From NCBI GenBank assembly GCA_943787795.1, contig CALSNU010000001.1:416001-480000 (forward strand): a stretch of 64,000 nucleotides of DNA. Direction: 5' to 3'. Every line of letters begins with the position of its first letter. Positions within the stretch are counted from its first letter, which is position 1. The stretch comes from an uncultured bacterium (GTDB lineage: Bacteria > Planctomycetota > UBA1135 > GCA-002686595). The notes below the pieces were generated by a model. The model made no database searches. It had not been told where the DNA came from and worked only from the letters and a program-made list of their open reading frames with translations. This document shows, piece after piece, positions 10,766-23,392 of this stretch. The translations under genes and the position numbers were made by a program.

Positions 10766-11213
10766 GTCGCCCAAGGTAGTCGCCCGCGGCGCATCGACCT
10801 ACCTCGACCCCTCGTTCCCGGGCGATCCTGGGGCGGGTCCTCGGGGTGGGTCCTCGGGGTGGTGATCCCCCTGCGGCCCCGGGTGGCCACGAGGGGACGA
10901 GCGCAGCTCACACGGAGCGATGATCGCCAGGGCAGGGCGGCCGTGCCTCCGGCCTGGAGTCCGGCGCTGCAGGCCGGCCGAATCCACGAGGGGCGGCCTG
11001 CGGCAATGGCCCGCGGTGAGAGCGCCCTGGGGCAGGGGGTGGCGGTCTGAGACGGCAGCGGGCAGTGAATCGGAGCGATCAGTCGTCGGAGCGAGGCGAT
11101 GAGTAGACTATGGACCTGCGAAGCCTGCGCCTCGCGGGCCCACTCACCGCGGCAGCCACTGCTGCTCCTCCCCCAGGCCGCCCTTCAGCCGACCTCCCAG
11201 CCGGCTCGATTCG

Positions 11214-14123
<2,910 letters not shown>

Positions 14124-14174
14124 TCCCCGCCCGGGCGGACAGCACCCCCGCGGGCGCTGCTCTCCCGGCGTCGG

Positions 14175-16331
14175 TCAGTCCACCCGCAGGTCGAAGGCCT
14201 CGACGAGGTCGTCGGAGGTGTAGTCGAAGCTCGCGCGGAGGGTCTCGCCGCGGAGCTCATTGATGCGCCCTCTCGAGTCACGCCGGATCCGCAGGGTGCC
14301 CGCGCTGAACTCGCCCCCGGGCGCGAGCCTGTAGGACGGGGCGGTCGGCCCGCCGTCGCTGAGGTACTCGGCGATCAGCAGCATCTGGTCGGCGCAGGCG
14401 GGGAAGCCGGCGTCGAAGCGCACCTTGGCGAACTCGACCATGAGCTCGCTGTCGGTGAACCACTGGTTGGCGAGGGTGGCGAAGGCCTCCTGGGGGGCCT
14501 TCAGGAAGAACTCCACGTTGCCCCGGACGTGGGACCGGTCGAAGCGCCGCGCCTCGTGGAAGTAGCGCGTCCACGCGGCGTCCCAGGTGTTCTCCTCTCC
14601 GTCCCACAGCTCGAGCTCGCGGAACCGGGCGCGGGTCGCGTCGCGGTCGTAGCCCCGGTTCACCTCCTCGTGGAAGACGATCGCGTCGCCGGCGGCCCGC
14701 TGGAGGCCCTGGAACTTGCGGCGAAAAAGGTCCGGCCGCCGTCTTCGGCCGACGGTGTCGAGCATGTTGTGGGCGACCTCGTGGGCGAGACAGATCAGGT
14801 AGACGTCGGTGACGCCGCGGCGTGGGGAGTCGGGGCCGAAGCTGTTCTCCCGGACGCCGAGGTCCATGGCGAAGATGTTCACGCCGCTGCGGCCCTTCAC
14901 CCCCGGGTTCTTGGCGCCCGGGCCGACCCAGTCCGCGACGCCGATGACCTCCACGTCCCACACGTCCTCGGGCATGGCGGAGAGGACCTCGTGCATGGCC
15001 TCGAGCTGCGCCTCGCTGGCTCGGGCGTTGTCCACGAACACCACGCCCAGGTCGACCAGGAGCCGTGCGTATCCCTCGGCCTCTCCGAGGGCGCGCGCGA
15101 CGGTCTGGCGGCCTCGCGCCGAGTCCGGCGCCGCGCCCTTCAGCACCACCGTGAACTGCCCGAAGAGCGGCGTCCCGAAGGGGTCCACGTCTGGATCACG
15201 CCGCGCCCGGCGCAGGCTGCCGGGGTGCTCCTTGGCGAGGGCCAGGAGCGAGCGCAGGAGCTCCCCGCGCGCGGCGTCGGTCAGGAAGCCGCGGCCGAGG
15301 TCGTTCTGGAGGGCGCGAAGGGCGCCGAAGACCTCGCCGCGCAGGGCCTCGTCGTCCCTGAGCGCGATGCCGAGCCGGTCCCCGTGGTCGGTGAGCGCGC
15401 GCTCGAGCCGCCCGATGTGGTCGGCGTGCCCAACGCCGCGCATCCACCAGACGGTCCCGTTCAGCCCGCCCGAGATGAGGTCGAGCACCCCGTCCCCATC
15501 CACGTCCGCGAGCTCGGGGGTGGTGTTGTCCTTGATGAGGTCGCGCAGGTTGACGGACTGGCCGGTGGCGACGTTCTCCATCAGCGTCTTCGGGCCGAAG
15601 GCCGGCGGCGCCCCGGCCTCGCGCTGCTCGAAGAGCGCCACGTAGCCCCAGTTGACGCCCATCAGCAGGTCGAGGTCCCCGTCCCCCTCGAGGTCCACGA
15701 GTCGCGGCGCGGAGTTGTAGGCATCGCCCAGCTGGCCGATGCGCTCGGGAGCCCGGAAGTAGGGCCCCTTCGTGGCCTGTTGCCCGAGGGGGATGCCCCT
15801 CATCCAGCGCAGCGCTCCACCGAACTCGCCGGTGACGATGTCCAGGGTGCCGTCCCCGTCCAGGTCGCCCACGTCGAAGCGCGCCCCGCAGCCCTGGGGC
15901 AGTCCGAACTGGAAGTCCTCGGCGTCGAAGCGCCAGGCGCCCCGCTCCCCGCGGTTGAGGTACACGTGCAGCCGCCCGGCCTGGGTGCCCACGAACAGGT
16001 CCTCCAGTCCGTCCCCGTCCATGTCTGCGACGGCGGCGCCCGTGGAGCGCTCACCCCACGCGGAGCGGCCGGCGGCCTCCACGGGCTCGGGCTCGGAGAG
16101 CGCGCCCTGCCGGTCGCCGCGGCACAGCCAGACCTTGCCGTCGCCGGCGGCGATCAGCAGGTCGCGGGTGCCGTCACCGTCCCAGTCCACGTGGCGCGGC
16201 GTGGTCTGGCCCTCGAGCTGGATGGGGGAGCCCCCGGCCGCCAGCCGGGCCGCTGGCTCGAACGACAGGGTGGCCCGGGGGGCGGCGGCGGACTGGGCGG
16301 CGAGGAGGACGGAGATGGTGAGCAGGGGCAT
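14175..16331 (-). CDS. secreted FG-GAP/VCBS repeat protein with a C-terminal HEXXH domain
   Basis: Signal peptide; five DxDGDG-type repeats (DWDGDG, DMDGDG, DLDGDG, DLEGDG, DVDGDG); AHEVAH. Confidence 0.8.
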   Translation of the reverse strand: MPLLTISVLLAAQSAAAPRATLSFEPAARLAAGGSPIQLEGQTTPRHVDWDGDGTRDLLIAAGDGKVWLCRGDRQGALSEPEPVEAAGRSAWGERSTGAAVADMDGDGLEDLFVGTQAGRLHVYLNRGERGAWRFDAEDFQFGLPQGCGARFDVGDLDGDGTLDIVTGEFGGALRWMRGIPLGQQATKGPYFRAPERIGQLGDAYNSAPRLVDLEGDGDLDLLMGVNWGYVALFEQREAGAPPAFGPKTLMENVATGQSVNLRDLIKDNTTPELADVDGDGVLDLISGGLNGTVWWMRGVGHADHIGRLERALTDHGDRLGIALRDDEALRGEVFGALRALQNDLGRGFLTDAARGELLRSLLALAKEHPGSLRRARRDPDVDPFGTPLFGQFTVVLKGAAPDSARGRQTVARALGEAEGYARLLVDLGVVFVDNARASEAQLEAMHEVLSAMPEDVWDVEVIGVADWVGPGAKNPGVKGRSGVNIFAMDLGVRENSFGPDSPRRGVTDVYLICLAHEVAHNMLDTVGRRRRPDLFRRKFQGLQRAAGDAIVFHEEVNRGYDRDATRARFRELELWDGEENTWDAAWTRYFHEARRFDRSHVRGNVEFFLKAPQEAFATLANQWFTDSELMVEFAKVRFDAGFPACADQMLLIAEYLSDGGPTAPSYRLAPGGEFSAGTLRIRRDSRGRINELRGETLRASFDYTSDDLVEAFDLRVD

Positions 16332-16379
16332 GGGGCGAGCTTCGCAAGGCGGCGGCCCACCTGCCACCCCCGCGCCCCA

Positions 16380-17651
16380 TCAGGATGCCGCGTCGCCCCC
16401 TGGAGCCCGCCCAGAGCGCGCCAGCAGCAGCGTCAGGAGCACGGCCGCGAGGAGCGTCGGCCCCACCAGCCGAACGAGCCAGGGTTCGTTGGACCAGAAC
16501 CCGGACTGCCTCTCGAAGGCGCCGAGCACCAGGGGCAGGAGGATCAGGAAGAGCGGGAGCGCCCGGACGAGGTCCTGCTCCCACTGCCGCTGGGCGACCC
16601 CGGGGACGGGCTCGCGCGACCGCCGGCTCGCGGCCGATCGGAGCGCGAGGACTCCCATGGCGACGGGGACGAGGTACCAGGAGAGGAACAGACCCCAGCC
16701 GAGGAGGCCGGCCAGGTCCTTGTAGGACGCGGAGCTCGACACCTCGCCCTGGATCATCGGGGAGGTGGGCTCGAGCATCAGCCCCAGCGCGGGGCCCAGG
16801 GCGAGGAGTCCCAGGGATGGGGAGGCGAGGGACGTGGCGGCCGTGGCCGGGCGCGCGCCCCCTCGGGAGCGTACGGCGAGCAGCAGCAGGCACAGGAGGG
16901 CCCAGCACGCCGAGGCGTGGAAGAGGGCGGCCATGGGGACGGTGACCCAGCGCGGCGGTGAGCCGAGGCCACGTTCGACCTGCCGATCGAGAATGTGGGA
17001 CCGGGTGCCCTTGGGGATGTACGGGATCATGAGCTCCGGGGTCGGGCCGCCGAAGCCGTACAGCACGACCTCCGCCATGGGGCGGATCGGGGCGACGTCG
17101 AGCCAGCCCTCATCGGGGGCGCCGCTCGCCACCTCCCACACCGTCACCGCGGCCTCGCGTCCCTCGGGGAAGATGTCCCGAGTGATGCCCGCATGGAGGC
17201 TGGGCAGCAGGCCCACCACCGCGAGCCCCGCAGCGACGCGCCAGGGAACGCTCGAGCGCGTGGTCCCGACGGGTGGGGCGGCGAGCGACCTCGCCAGCTC
17301 GGGGCCCGAGTAGGCGGCCAGGGCGAAGATCCCGAGCGTCGCCCACCAGCTGCTGTGGACCCAGCCCCGGTCGATCATGGGCCAGACGAGGTTCCACCCG
17401 ATCACGGCCAGCAGCAGCCACTCGTACCCGCGTTGGCTGAGGGCGAGCGTCGTGGCCCGCCCTCGCAGCCGGCCGAGGAAACCGTGGCGCAGCTCGACGC
17501 ATTCGTCCTGGAGCGCGTCGATGTCCCCGAACCGGCGCCGGGCCTCGGCCTGCGCCAGGTCGGGCTTCATGCCTTCGGCGATGAGCTGCTCGGCGAGCAG
17601 CTCCACGTGGAGCTCGAGCTCCTCTCGTACTTCCTGATCGTTCGAGCTCAT
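16380..17651 (-). CDS. membrane protein with an N-terminal 'permease prefix' domain
   Basis: EVREELELHVELLAEQLIAEGM...AEARRRFGD followed by several TM segments; ATGA overlap with PadR. Confidence 0.8.
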   Translation of the reverse strand: MSSNDQEVREELELHVELLAEQLIAEGMKPDLAQAEARRRFGDIDALQDECVELRHGFLGRLRGRATTLALSQRGYEWLLLAVIGWNLVWPMIDRGWVHSSWWATLGIFALAAYSGPELARSLAAPPVGTTRSSVPWRVAAGLAVVGLLPSLHAGITRDIFPEGREAAVTVWEVASGAPDEGWLDVAPIRPMAEVVLYGFGGPTPELMIPYIPKGTRSHILDRQVERGLGSPPRWVTVPMAALFHASACWALLCLLLLAVRSRGGARPATAATSLASPSLGLLALGPALGLMLEPTSPMIQGEVSSSASYKDLAGLLGWGLFLSWYLVPVAMGVLALRSAASRRSREPVPGVAQRQWEQDLVRALPLFLILLPLVLGAFERQSGFWSNEPWLVRLVGPTLLAAVLLTLLLARSGRAPGGDAAS

Positions 17652-18016
17652 CGTGCACCTGCTCGGGTGAAGGCGGGGCAAGTGGGGAAGACGCAGCGCA
17701 GGACCAGGGCGATCGCGCCGGTCAGCTCACGCCAACGCTCGTTGCGCTCCACGAGCTCGCCCTGGCCGCGGGACGTGATGGAGTAGATCTTCGCGCGCCG
17801 TCCGGACTCGGCCTTCCCCCAGCTGGACGAGAGGTAGCCCGCTTGCTCGAGGCGGTGCATGGCCGGATAGAGGCTGCCCTCCTCGATGAGGATGGCGCCC
17901 TCCGAGCGCTGCTCGATCCACCGGGCGAGCGCGTAGCCGTGCTGCGGTGCGCGGCTGATCCCTCGCAGGATCAGGTGCTCAAGGGTGCCGCGAGGGAGCT
18001 TGTTTCTGGGGTCCAT
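17648..18016 (-). CDS. PadR-family transcriptional regulator (acidobacterial type)
   Basis: GTLEHLIL..HGYALARWIEQRS..EEGSLYPAMHRLE..GRRAKIYSIT; start placed at MDPRNKL. Confidence 0.92.
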   Translation of the reverse strand: MDPRNKLPRGTLEHLILRGISRAPQHGYALARWIEQRSEGAILIEEGSLYPAMHRLEQAGYLSSSWGKAESGRRAKIYSITSRGQGELVERNERWRELTGAIALVLRCVFPTCPAFTRAGAR

Positions 18017-18099
18017 GGGGACTGGACGTGAGGGCGGGGCCGGGCCGGTCGGACGACGAGGTGGACGGGCCGCGCACGGCCCTCGTAGGCGGAGCGTGG

Positions 18100-18681
18100 T
18101 CAGGGGGCCGTCGTGGCCGCGGCGGCCTCCCAGCGGGCGCTGCCCCCGGCCTTGAAGGCGGCGGCGGCGAGGGCGAGGGCCACGCCGAAGAGTCGGAGCG
18201 AGCTCCCCCCGGAGAGCTGGCCCTCGAACTGTGGCGCGGCGGCCGCGAACTGCGTGGACGAGATCACCGGCCCCTCGGTGTGGTAGGTCGCCTCGTAAGT
18301 CTCCAGGTCGAGCGCTTGCGACGGCGAGTCGGCGTCCTCGAACTCGATGTCGGCGATCTCGAGGTTGATCGCGCTCAGCTGTCGCGTCCCGCCGATGGCG
18401 GTCACCAGTCCGACGAGGACGAGCGTGCAGGCCAGCTGCCCCGGTCGGCTCCTCTTGAACGCGGACCCGAGCCACACGAGGGCGGCGGCGAGGCTGACGA
18501 TGAGGCCCAGGGCAAGGACCTCGTCGGCCCTGGCGATCGCGTGTGCCACCTCGGAGGGGGCGACCATGCCGGCGCTCGCGGTGAGCTCCCGGTTGGCCGT
18601 CGAGATCGACAGGGACCGGAGGAAGGCCCCGACCGCGGCCGGGGCGATGACGAGGATGAGGGGGCGCAGATTGCGGGCCAT
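18100..18681 (-). CDS. membrane protein, hypothetical
   Basis: 193 aa with 3-4 hydrophobic segments; co-oriented with PadR and downstream of the palindromes. Confidence 0.65.
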   Translation of the reverse strand: MARNLRPLILVIAPAAVGAFLRSLSISTANRELTASAGMVAPSEVAHAIARADEVLALGLIVSLAAALVWLGSAFKRSRPGQLACTLVLVGLVTAIGGTRQLSAINLEIADIEFEDADSPSQALDLETYEATYHTEGPVISSTQFAAAAPQFEGQLSGGSSLRLFGVALALAAAAFKAGGSARWEAAAATTAP

Positions 18682-18743
18682 GGGGAGGGGGGGGGATTTC
18701 GGCTCTCTGGGTGCGGAGCCGACGCCGCTGGTGTCGCGGCAGG

Positions 18744-18786
18744 ATGCCTAGTTCGACTAGGTGTAGCATGCCTAGGCGAACTAGGT
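18744..18786. promoter_or_regulatory. twin palindromic operator (CCTAG-N5-CTAGG x2), putative PadR binding sites
   Basis: atgCCTAGttcgaCTAGGt (core 18747-18761) and atgCCTAGgcgaaCTAGGt (core 18771-18785), 24-bp period. Confidence 0.7.
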
Positions 18787-18844
18787 AACGAGGCCATGCC
18801 AAAAATCCGAGGTCCCTCCGTGGGGCTCGTCCCTGGAGTGCGGA

Positions 18845-18877
18845 GAGCCGCTGACCCCTCGAGGGGATCAGCGGCTC
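18845..18877. terminator. strong hairpin downstream of the sulfatase, probable terminator
   Basis: GAGCCGCTGA-CCCCTCGAGGGGA-TCAGCGGCTC; no clear U-tract. Confidence 0.5.
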
Positions 18878-18932
18878 TTGATGTCAGCTTGGCCGACCAG
18901 GGCAGGCGACGCTGTGTTCGGCCTCTCTCCGG

Positions 18933-21224
18933 TCAGTCCCGGAGGGTGATGACCACCCGATCGAGGTCCCCGGTGAAGGGGAAGGGGGTGCCGGCGTAGC
19001 CGGGGTCCACCTGGGTGCCGGTGTCGAGCCCCACGTCGAAGGTCTCCGCGAGGGAGTAGGTGGCGAGGTGCATCTTCGGCATCTCGGTGCGGTCGACCTC
19101 CTCGCCGTTGACGAGGATCCGCCCGGTGCCCGCGAAGGGGCCGGTGCGCTCGAAGTCGAAGGTCAGCACGGTCTTACCCTTCGGGAGCGGGCCCGAGGTG
19201 AGGTGGTAGTGCACGCCGTCGAGGAAGTTGTAGTCGTAGTGCAGCGCGCCGTCCCTGAGGTACATGGAGTACCCGCCGGTCATGCCGCCGCAGGCCACGA
19301 TGACGCCCTCCTCGGTGCCGTCGAGGTCGACGGTGGTGGTGATCTCGTGGGAGCGGTCCTTCACGGGCGCCGAGGCCTTCTCCGCGATGCGGAAGGCGCC
19401 GGGGGCGTAGTACACGAAGTCCTTCTGGTCCCCGAACAGCCGGTCCTGTTGCTTGCCGAGGCGCGCGATCATGTCGTCGTAGAGCGGGTAGACGTTGTTC
19501 GCCCAGGCCTCCTTGTCAAAGGCCTCCACGAGTTCGGCGAGCTTCTCGGGGTACTCGTCCGCGAGGTTGACGCTCTCGGAGAAGTCCTCGGCGACGTGGT
19601 AGAGCTCCCACTCGTCGTCCTCGAAGGGCAGCACGACGTTGGTCTCCCAGGGCATGCGGTTGCCGTGGATGGTGACCGCCTTCCAACCGTCCTCCCAGAT
19701 CGCGCGGTTGCCGAACATCTCGTAGTACTGGCGCTTCTTCGCGTTGGGCGCGTCGGCGTCATCGAACGAGTAGTTCATGGGGACGCCGGTCATGGGCTGC
19801 TGGGCGACCCCGTGGTACTCCTCCGGAACGTCCACGCCCGTCGCGGCGAGGATCGTCGGCGCGATGTCGCTGATGTGGTGGTACTGGGAGCGGATCTCCC
19901 CCTTGGCCTCGATGCCGTTGGGCCAGTGCACCACCAGGGCGTCCTGCTGGCCGCCACGGTGCTCGGACTGCTTGAAGTACTTGAACGGCGTGTTGCCCGC
20001 CATCGCCCAGCCGGCGTGATAGTGGGGATAGGTGTCGGTCTGGCCCCACCGCTCCAGCGCGCGCAGGTTGGCGTCAAACGGCGTCTGCATGCCGTTCAGC
20101 ACGTACGTCTCGTTGAACGTCCCGGCGAGGCCGCCCTCGCCGCTCGCGCCGTTGTCGGAGGTGACGAAGATGAGCGTGTCGTCCAGCTCACCGATCCGCT
20201 CCAGGGTCTCGACCACGCGGCCGATCTGCGCGTCGCAGTACTCGAGCTGGGCGGCGAAGACCTCCATCTGGCGGGCATAGAGCCGCTTCTCGTCCGCGTT
20301 GAGCGAGTCCCACGCGGGGATCACGTCGAGGCGGCCGCTGAGCTGGGTGTCCGCGGGGATGATGCCGAGGCGCTTCTGGTTCGCGACGATCTCCTCGCGC
20401 ACCTTGTCCCAGCCCTGGTCGAACTTGCCGCGGTACCGGTCGATGTAGTCGGCGGGGGCGTGGTGCGGAGAGTGCATGGAGCCCGACGCCCAGAGCATCA
20501 TGAACGGAAGCTCGGGCTGCAGGGACTTGTGCCCCGTGACCCACTCGATGGCGCGGTCCGCGAGGTCATGGTCCAGGTGCTCCGAGATCCGATGCGGTTC
20601 TGGATGGTGGTCGTTCCACATGACCGGAACGAACTGGTGCACGTCGGCGGCCATGAAGACGTAGGAGTGCTGGAAGCCCTCGTCGCTGGGCCACCGGTCG
20701 AAGGGGCCGACCTGCGAGACCTCGTAGAGGGGCGTGTGATCCCACTTGCCGATGGCGTAGTTCACATAGCCGGTCTCCTCGAGGTAGTTCGCCACCGACT
20801 TGGCGCTGGGAGGCACCATCGCGTTGTACCCCGGAAATCCCATGGCGGTCAGCGCGTGGCTCCCGAGGCCGATGGAGTGCGGGTTGCGGCCGGCCATCAG
20901 GGTGGCGCGCGAGGGGGAGCACAGGGCGGTGGTGTGGAAGTTGTTGTACTTCAGCCCGCCTGCGGCGAGCCGGTCGATGTTGGGCGTCTCGATCAGTCCC
21001 CCGAAGGCGCCGATGTGGGCGAACCCGGTGTCATCGAGCAGGAAGATGACCACGTTGGGGGCGCCTTCAGGCGGACGGGTGGGCTCTGGCCACCACTCGA
21101 CGGAGTTCTCATATGACCGATCGATGGTGCCGCCGAATTCGGGGGTGGAGGATGCGTCGCTGCCGATGAACTGGCAGCTGGCGAGGGCGGAGGCGAGGAG
21201 CAGGGCTCCGGGAAGGAGGCGCAT
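18933..21224 (-). CDS. arylsulfatase (Cys-type formylglycine sulfatase), probable lipoprotein
   Basis: PNVVIFLLDD, LCSPSRATLMAG, GKWDH, SDNG; lipobox-like LASC. Confidence 0.93.
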   Translation of the reverse strand: MRLLPGALLLASALASCQFIGSDASSTPEFGGTIDRSYENSVEWWPEPTRPPEGAPNVVIFLLDDTGFAHIGAFGGLIETPNIDRLAAGGLKYNNFHTTALCSPSRATLMAGRNPHSIGLGSHALTAMGFPGYNAMVPPSAKSVANYLEETGYVNYAIGKWDHTPLYEVSQVGPFDRWPSDEGFQHSYVFMAADVHQFVPVMWNDHHPEPHRISEHLDHDLADRAIEWVTGHKSLQPELPFMMLWASGSMHSPHHAPADYIDRYRGKFDQGWDKVREEIVANQKRLGIIPADTQLSGRLDVIPAWDSLNADEKRLYARQMEVFAAQLEYCDAQIGRVVETLERIGELDDTLIFVTSDNGASGEGGLAGTFNETYVLNGMQTPFDANLRALERWGQTDTYPHYHAGWAMAGNTPFKYFKQSEHRGGQQDALVVHWPNGIEAKGEIRSQYHHISDIAPTILAATGVDVPEEYHGVAQQPMTGVPMNYSFDDADAPNAKKRQYYEMFGNRAIWEDGWKAVTIHGNRMPWETNVVLPFEDDEWELYHVAEDFSESVNLADEYPEKLAELVEAFDKEAWANNVYPLYDDMIARLGKQQDRLFGDQKDFVYYAPGAFRIAEKASAPVKDRSHEITTTVDLDGTEEGVIVACGGMTGGYSMYLRDGALHYDYNFLDGVHYHLTSGPLPKGKTVLTFDFERTGPFAGTGRILVNGEEVDRTEMPKMHLATYSLAETFDVGLDTGTQVDPGYAGTPFPFTGDLDRVVITLRD

Positions 21225-21246
21225 GGCGGGAGCTTGGGACGAGATA

Positions 21247-21286
21247 AGGGTTTGCGGGGTGATTTTAGGGGCAAACCCTAGCTAGG
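21247..21286 (-). promoter_or_regulatory. putative sulfatase promoter with an inverted repeat flanking a -10 box
   Basis: AGGGTTTGC (21247-21255) / GCAAACCCT (21271-21279) flank minus-strand TAAAAT (21262-21267); CCTAGCTAGG at 21277-21286. Confidence 0.5.
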
Positions 21287-21406
21287 TGCCGGCGACCTGT
21301 CCAGACGTCTCGTGGACATGTGCGCCGGTCGGAGCCCTCTGGTTGGTCCAGGAAGGCCCCTCTCTTCGCCGCCAGGGTGCGTCCGTGTCAGGCGTACGCC
21401 GGGATC

Positions 21407-23335
21407 TCAGGTCAGGTGCTCGAGCTCGTCGCCCCAGTCGCCACCAAGGATCGGGTAGCGGCACCACGTCTTGGGGTCGAGGCTCTCGTCGTCCAGGTGG
21501 AACGAGGGTGCGATCCGCTCCCGCTTCCACTGGTTGCGTACCCAGAGGCCGAAGAACCGCCGGATCCAGCCGATGAGGGCTTCCCGCGGGTGACCAGGGA
21601 AACGCCTGGCCAGGGTGTCGAGGACGGCCTGGGGTGCGAGCCGGTCGCGGATGTAGAGCTCTTCGATCGAGTCGAGCACGTCGTAGGGCATCAGGTCGTC
21701 CTCGTCCCGCTGGGCTGCCGAAGGCGGACGGAGCTCTGCGGTGGGCCGCTGCTCGGTGATGGCACCGAGCTCCGGTCGGGGCGCCGCGCCCTCGGGGCCG
21801 TGGTGCTCCATCCACCGGAGCCACGCGAGCACAAAGCTCTTCTCGACCCCGGAGATGGGGGCGAGGCCGCCGCTCGAGTCGCCGTCCATGGTCGTGTACC
21901 CGACGGCAGCCTCGGACCGATTGCTCGTGGCCACGAGGATCGCGCGTGCCTCATTGGCGAGCGCCCAGATGGAGGGGCTGCGGATCCGAGCCTGGAGATT
22001 CTGGAGCGTGAGGTCGTCGCGCTTCCAGTCTAGGCCGCGGCCCAGCGCTGCCTCGATCGCCGACCGGTAGGCGTCGAGCATGGGCTGCACGTCGAGCACG
22101 AAGTAGCGCGCGCCGAGGGCGGCTGCCGTGCGCTCGGCGGCGTCGCGGGTCACCGGACCGCTGTTCTCGGTGGGCTGGTAGGCGCAGGTCAGGAGCTGCG
22201 CCATGAAGGGCTGCTCGCTGTCGAGCCCCAGCCGCTCGGCGAGCACCGTGGAGCCGAGCTCCGCGCGCCCCAACCGGACCATCTCGGCCACCAGCACGGC
22301 GCATGTCGCCGAGTCTGCGCCCCCGGAGAGCGAGATCACGTAGCCCGTGCTGCGGGTCTTGCGGGCATAGTCGAACAGCGCGAGGGCCACCATGCGGGTG
22401 AACTCCTCGAAGGTGAGCTCGGTCGCGGGGGCCGATTCCCATTCGGGCCGCTCCGGCCTCGCGGTGCTGCTGGGGGGCTCGCCCCAGTCGAACTCGATGG
22501 TGTCGGAGCGGGAGGTGCGGTCGGGCAGGGCGAGCGTCGTGGAGGCCACCTGCACCTCACGGAAGCTGAAGCGGGGCGTCAGCGCCCGAATCTCACCACC
22601 GGCTGCGATGTAGGAGCCGCCGTCGTAGAGCGCCCGCCCGGCCTCGTTGCCCAGGAGGTTCGCATAGAGGTACGCGACGCCAAGGCTCGCGGAGCTCTCC
22701 TCGATGAGGGTCTCACGGACGGCACGCTTTCCGAAGGCGAAGTGGCTGGCGCTGGGGTTGAGGAGCGCGTGGGCGCCCCGGGCCGCAAGGCGCCTGCCCG
22801 GCCGGTCCTCGACCCAGGCGTCCTCGCAGGTCTCGACCCCCAGGCGCAGGCCGCCCACGTCGAACAGGACCTCGCCGATGGGAACATCGGCGGCGCCGTC
22901 GCACGTGGGGAGCCCGCCGCTGTCGTGTCGGCCCTCGACCCCGGTCGGCCACGGGCGGAACCACCGGGGCTCGTAGTGGATGCCGTCGCCGGCGAGGTGC
23001 TGCTTCGCGGCGAAGCCCGCGAGGCAGCCGTCCACCAGCACGGCCGTGGCGTTGAAGAGCTCTCCCTCGTGCAGCAGGGGGAGCCCGGCGGTGACCACGA
23101 GGCCCCGGGAGTGGGGCAGGAGCGCGGCCAGGGAGGACCAGGCACGCTCCGCGATGTGGGCGGAGTGGAAGGCGTCCTCGCACCCGTACCCGGAGAGGCA
23201 GAGTTCGGGGAGGAGCAGCAGCCGGGCGCCCACCGATCGGGCCTCCTCCACCGCGGCGATGGAGCGACGGAGGTTCCCGCTCCAATCGAGCGGGGTCTGG
23301 TTCAGGGCGGCGACGGCGAAGTGAACACGTTCCAT
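21407..23335 (-). CDS. nadE: glutamine-dependent NAD+ synthetase
   Basis: N-terminal nitrilase domain (LPEL, AKQHL, TCEDAW); synthetase domain SLSGGADS, QNLQARIR, TSNRSE, PTAELRP, NQWKR. Confidence 0.95.
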   Translation of the reverse strand: MERVHFAVAALNQTPLDWSGNLRRSIAAVEEARSVGARLLLLPELCLSGYGCEDAFHSAHIAERAWSSLAALLPHSRGLVVTAGLPLLHEGELFNATAVLVDGCLAGFAAKQHLAGDGIHYEPRWFRPWPTGVEGRHDSGGLPTCDGAADVPIGEVLFDVGGLRLGVETCEDAWVEDRPGRRLAARGAHALLNPSASHFAFGKRAVRETLIEESSASLGVAYLYANLLGNEAGRALYDGGSYIAAGGEIRALTPRFSFREVQVASTTLALPDRTSRSDTIEFDWGEPPSSTARPERPEWESAPATELTFEEFTRMVALALFDYARKTRSTGYVISLSGGADSATCAVLVAEMVRLGRAELGSTVLAERLGLDSEQPFMAQLLTCAYQPTENSGPVTRDAAERTAAALGARYFVLDVQPMLDAYRSAIEAALGRGLDWKRDDLTLQNLQARIRSPSIWALANEARAILVATSNRSEAAVGYTTMDGDSSGGLAPISGVEKSFVLAWLRWMEHHGPEGAAPRPELGAITEQRPTAELRPPSAAQRDEDDLMPYDVLDSIEELYIRDRLAPQAVLDTLARRFPGHPREALIGWIRRFFGLWVRNQWKRERIAPSFHLDDESLDPKTWCRYPILGGDWGDELEHLT

Positions 23336-23392
23336 GGCGACTCCCCGCGAGGGGGACGTTAGTTTCGTCCGTCAGACCCGGTGCACCACCCG

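Noticed and set aside
10900..11213. Possible glycine riboswitch upstream of gcvP
   Set aside because: I could not find the GGAGA...CCGAAG...CTCTCAGG aptamer core; a TAGACT -10 box at 11104-11109 leaves only about 100 nt of leader. An Infernal search would settle it
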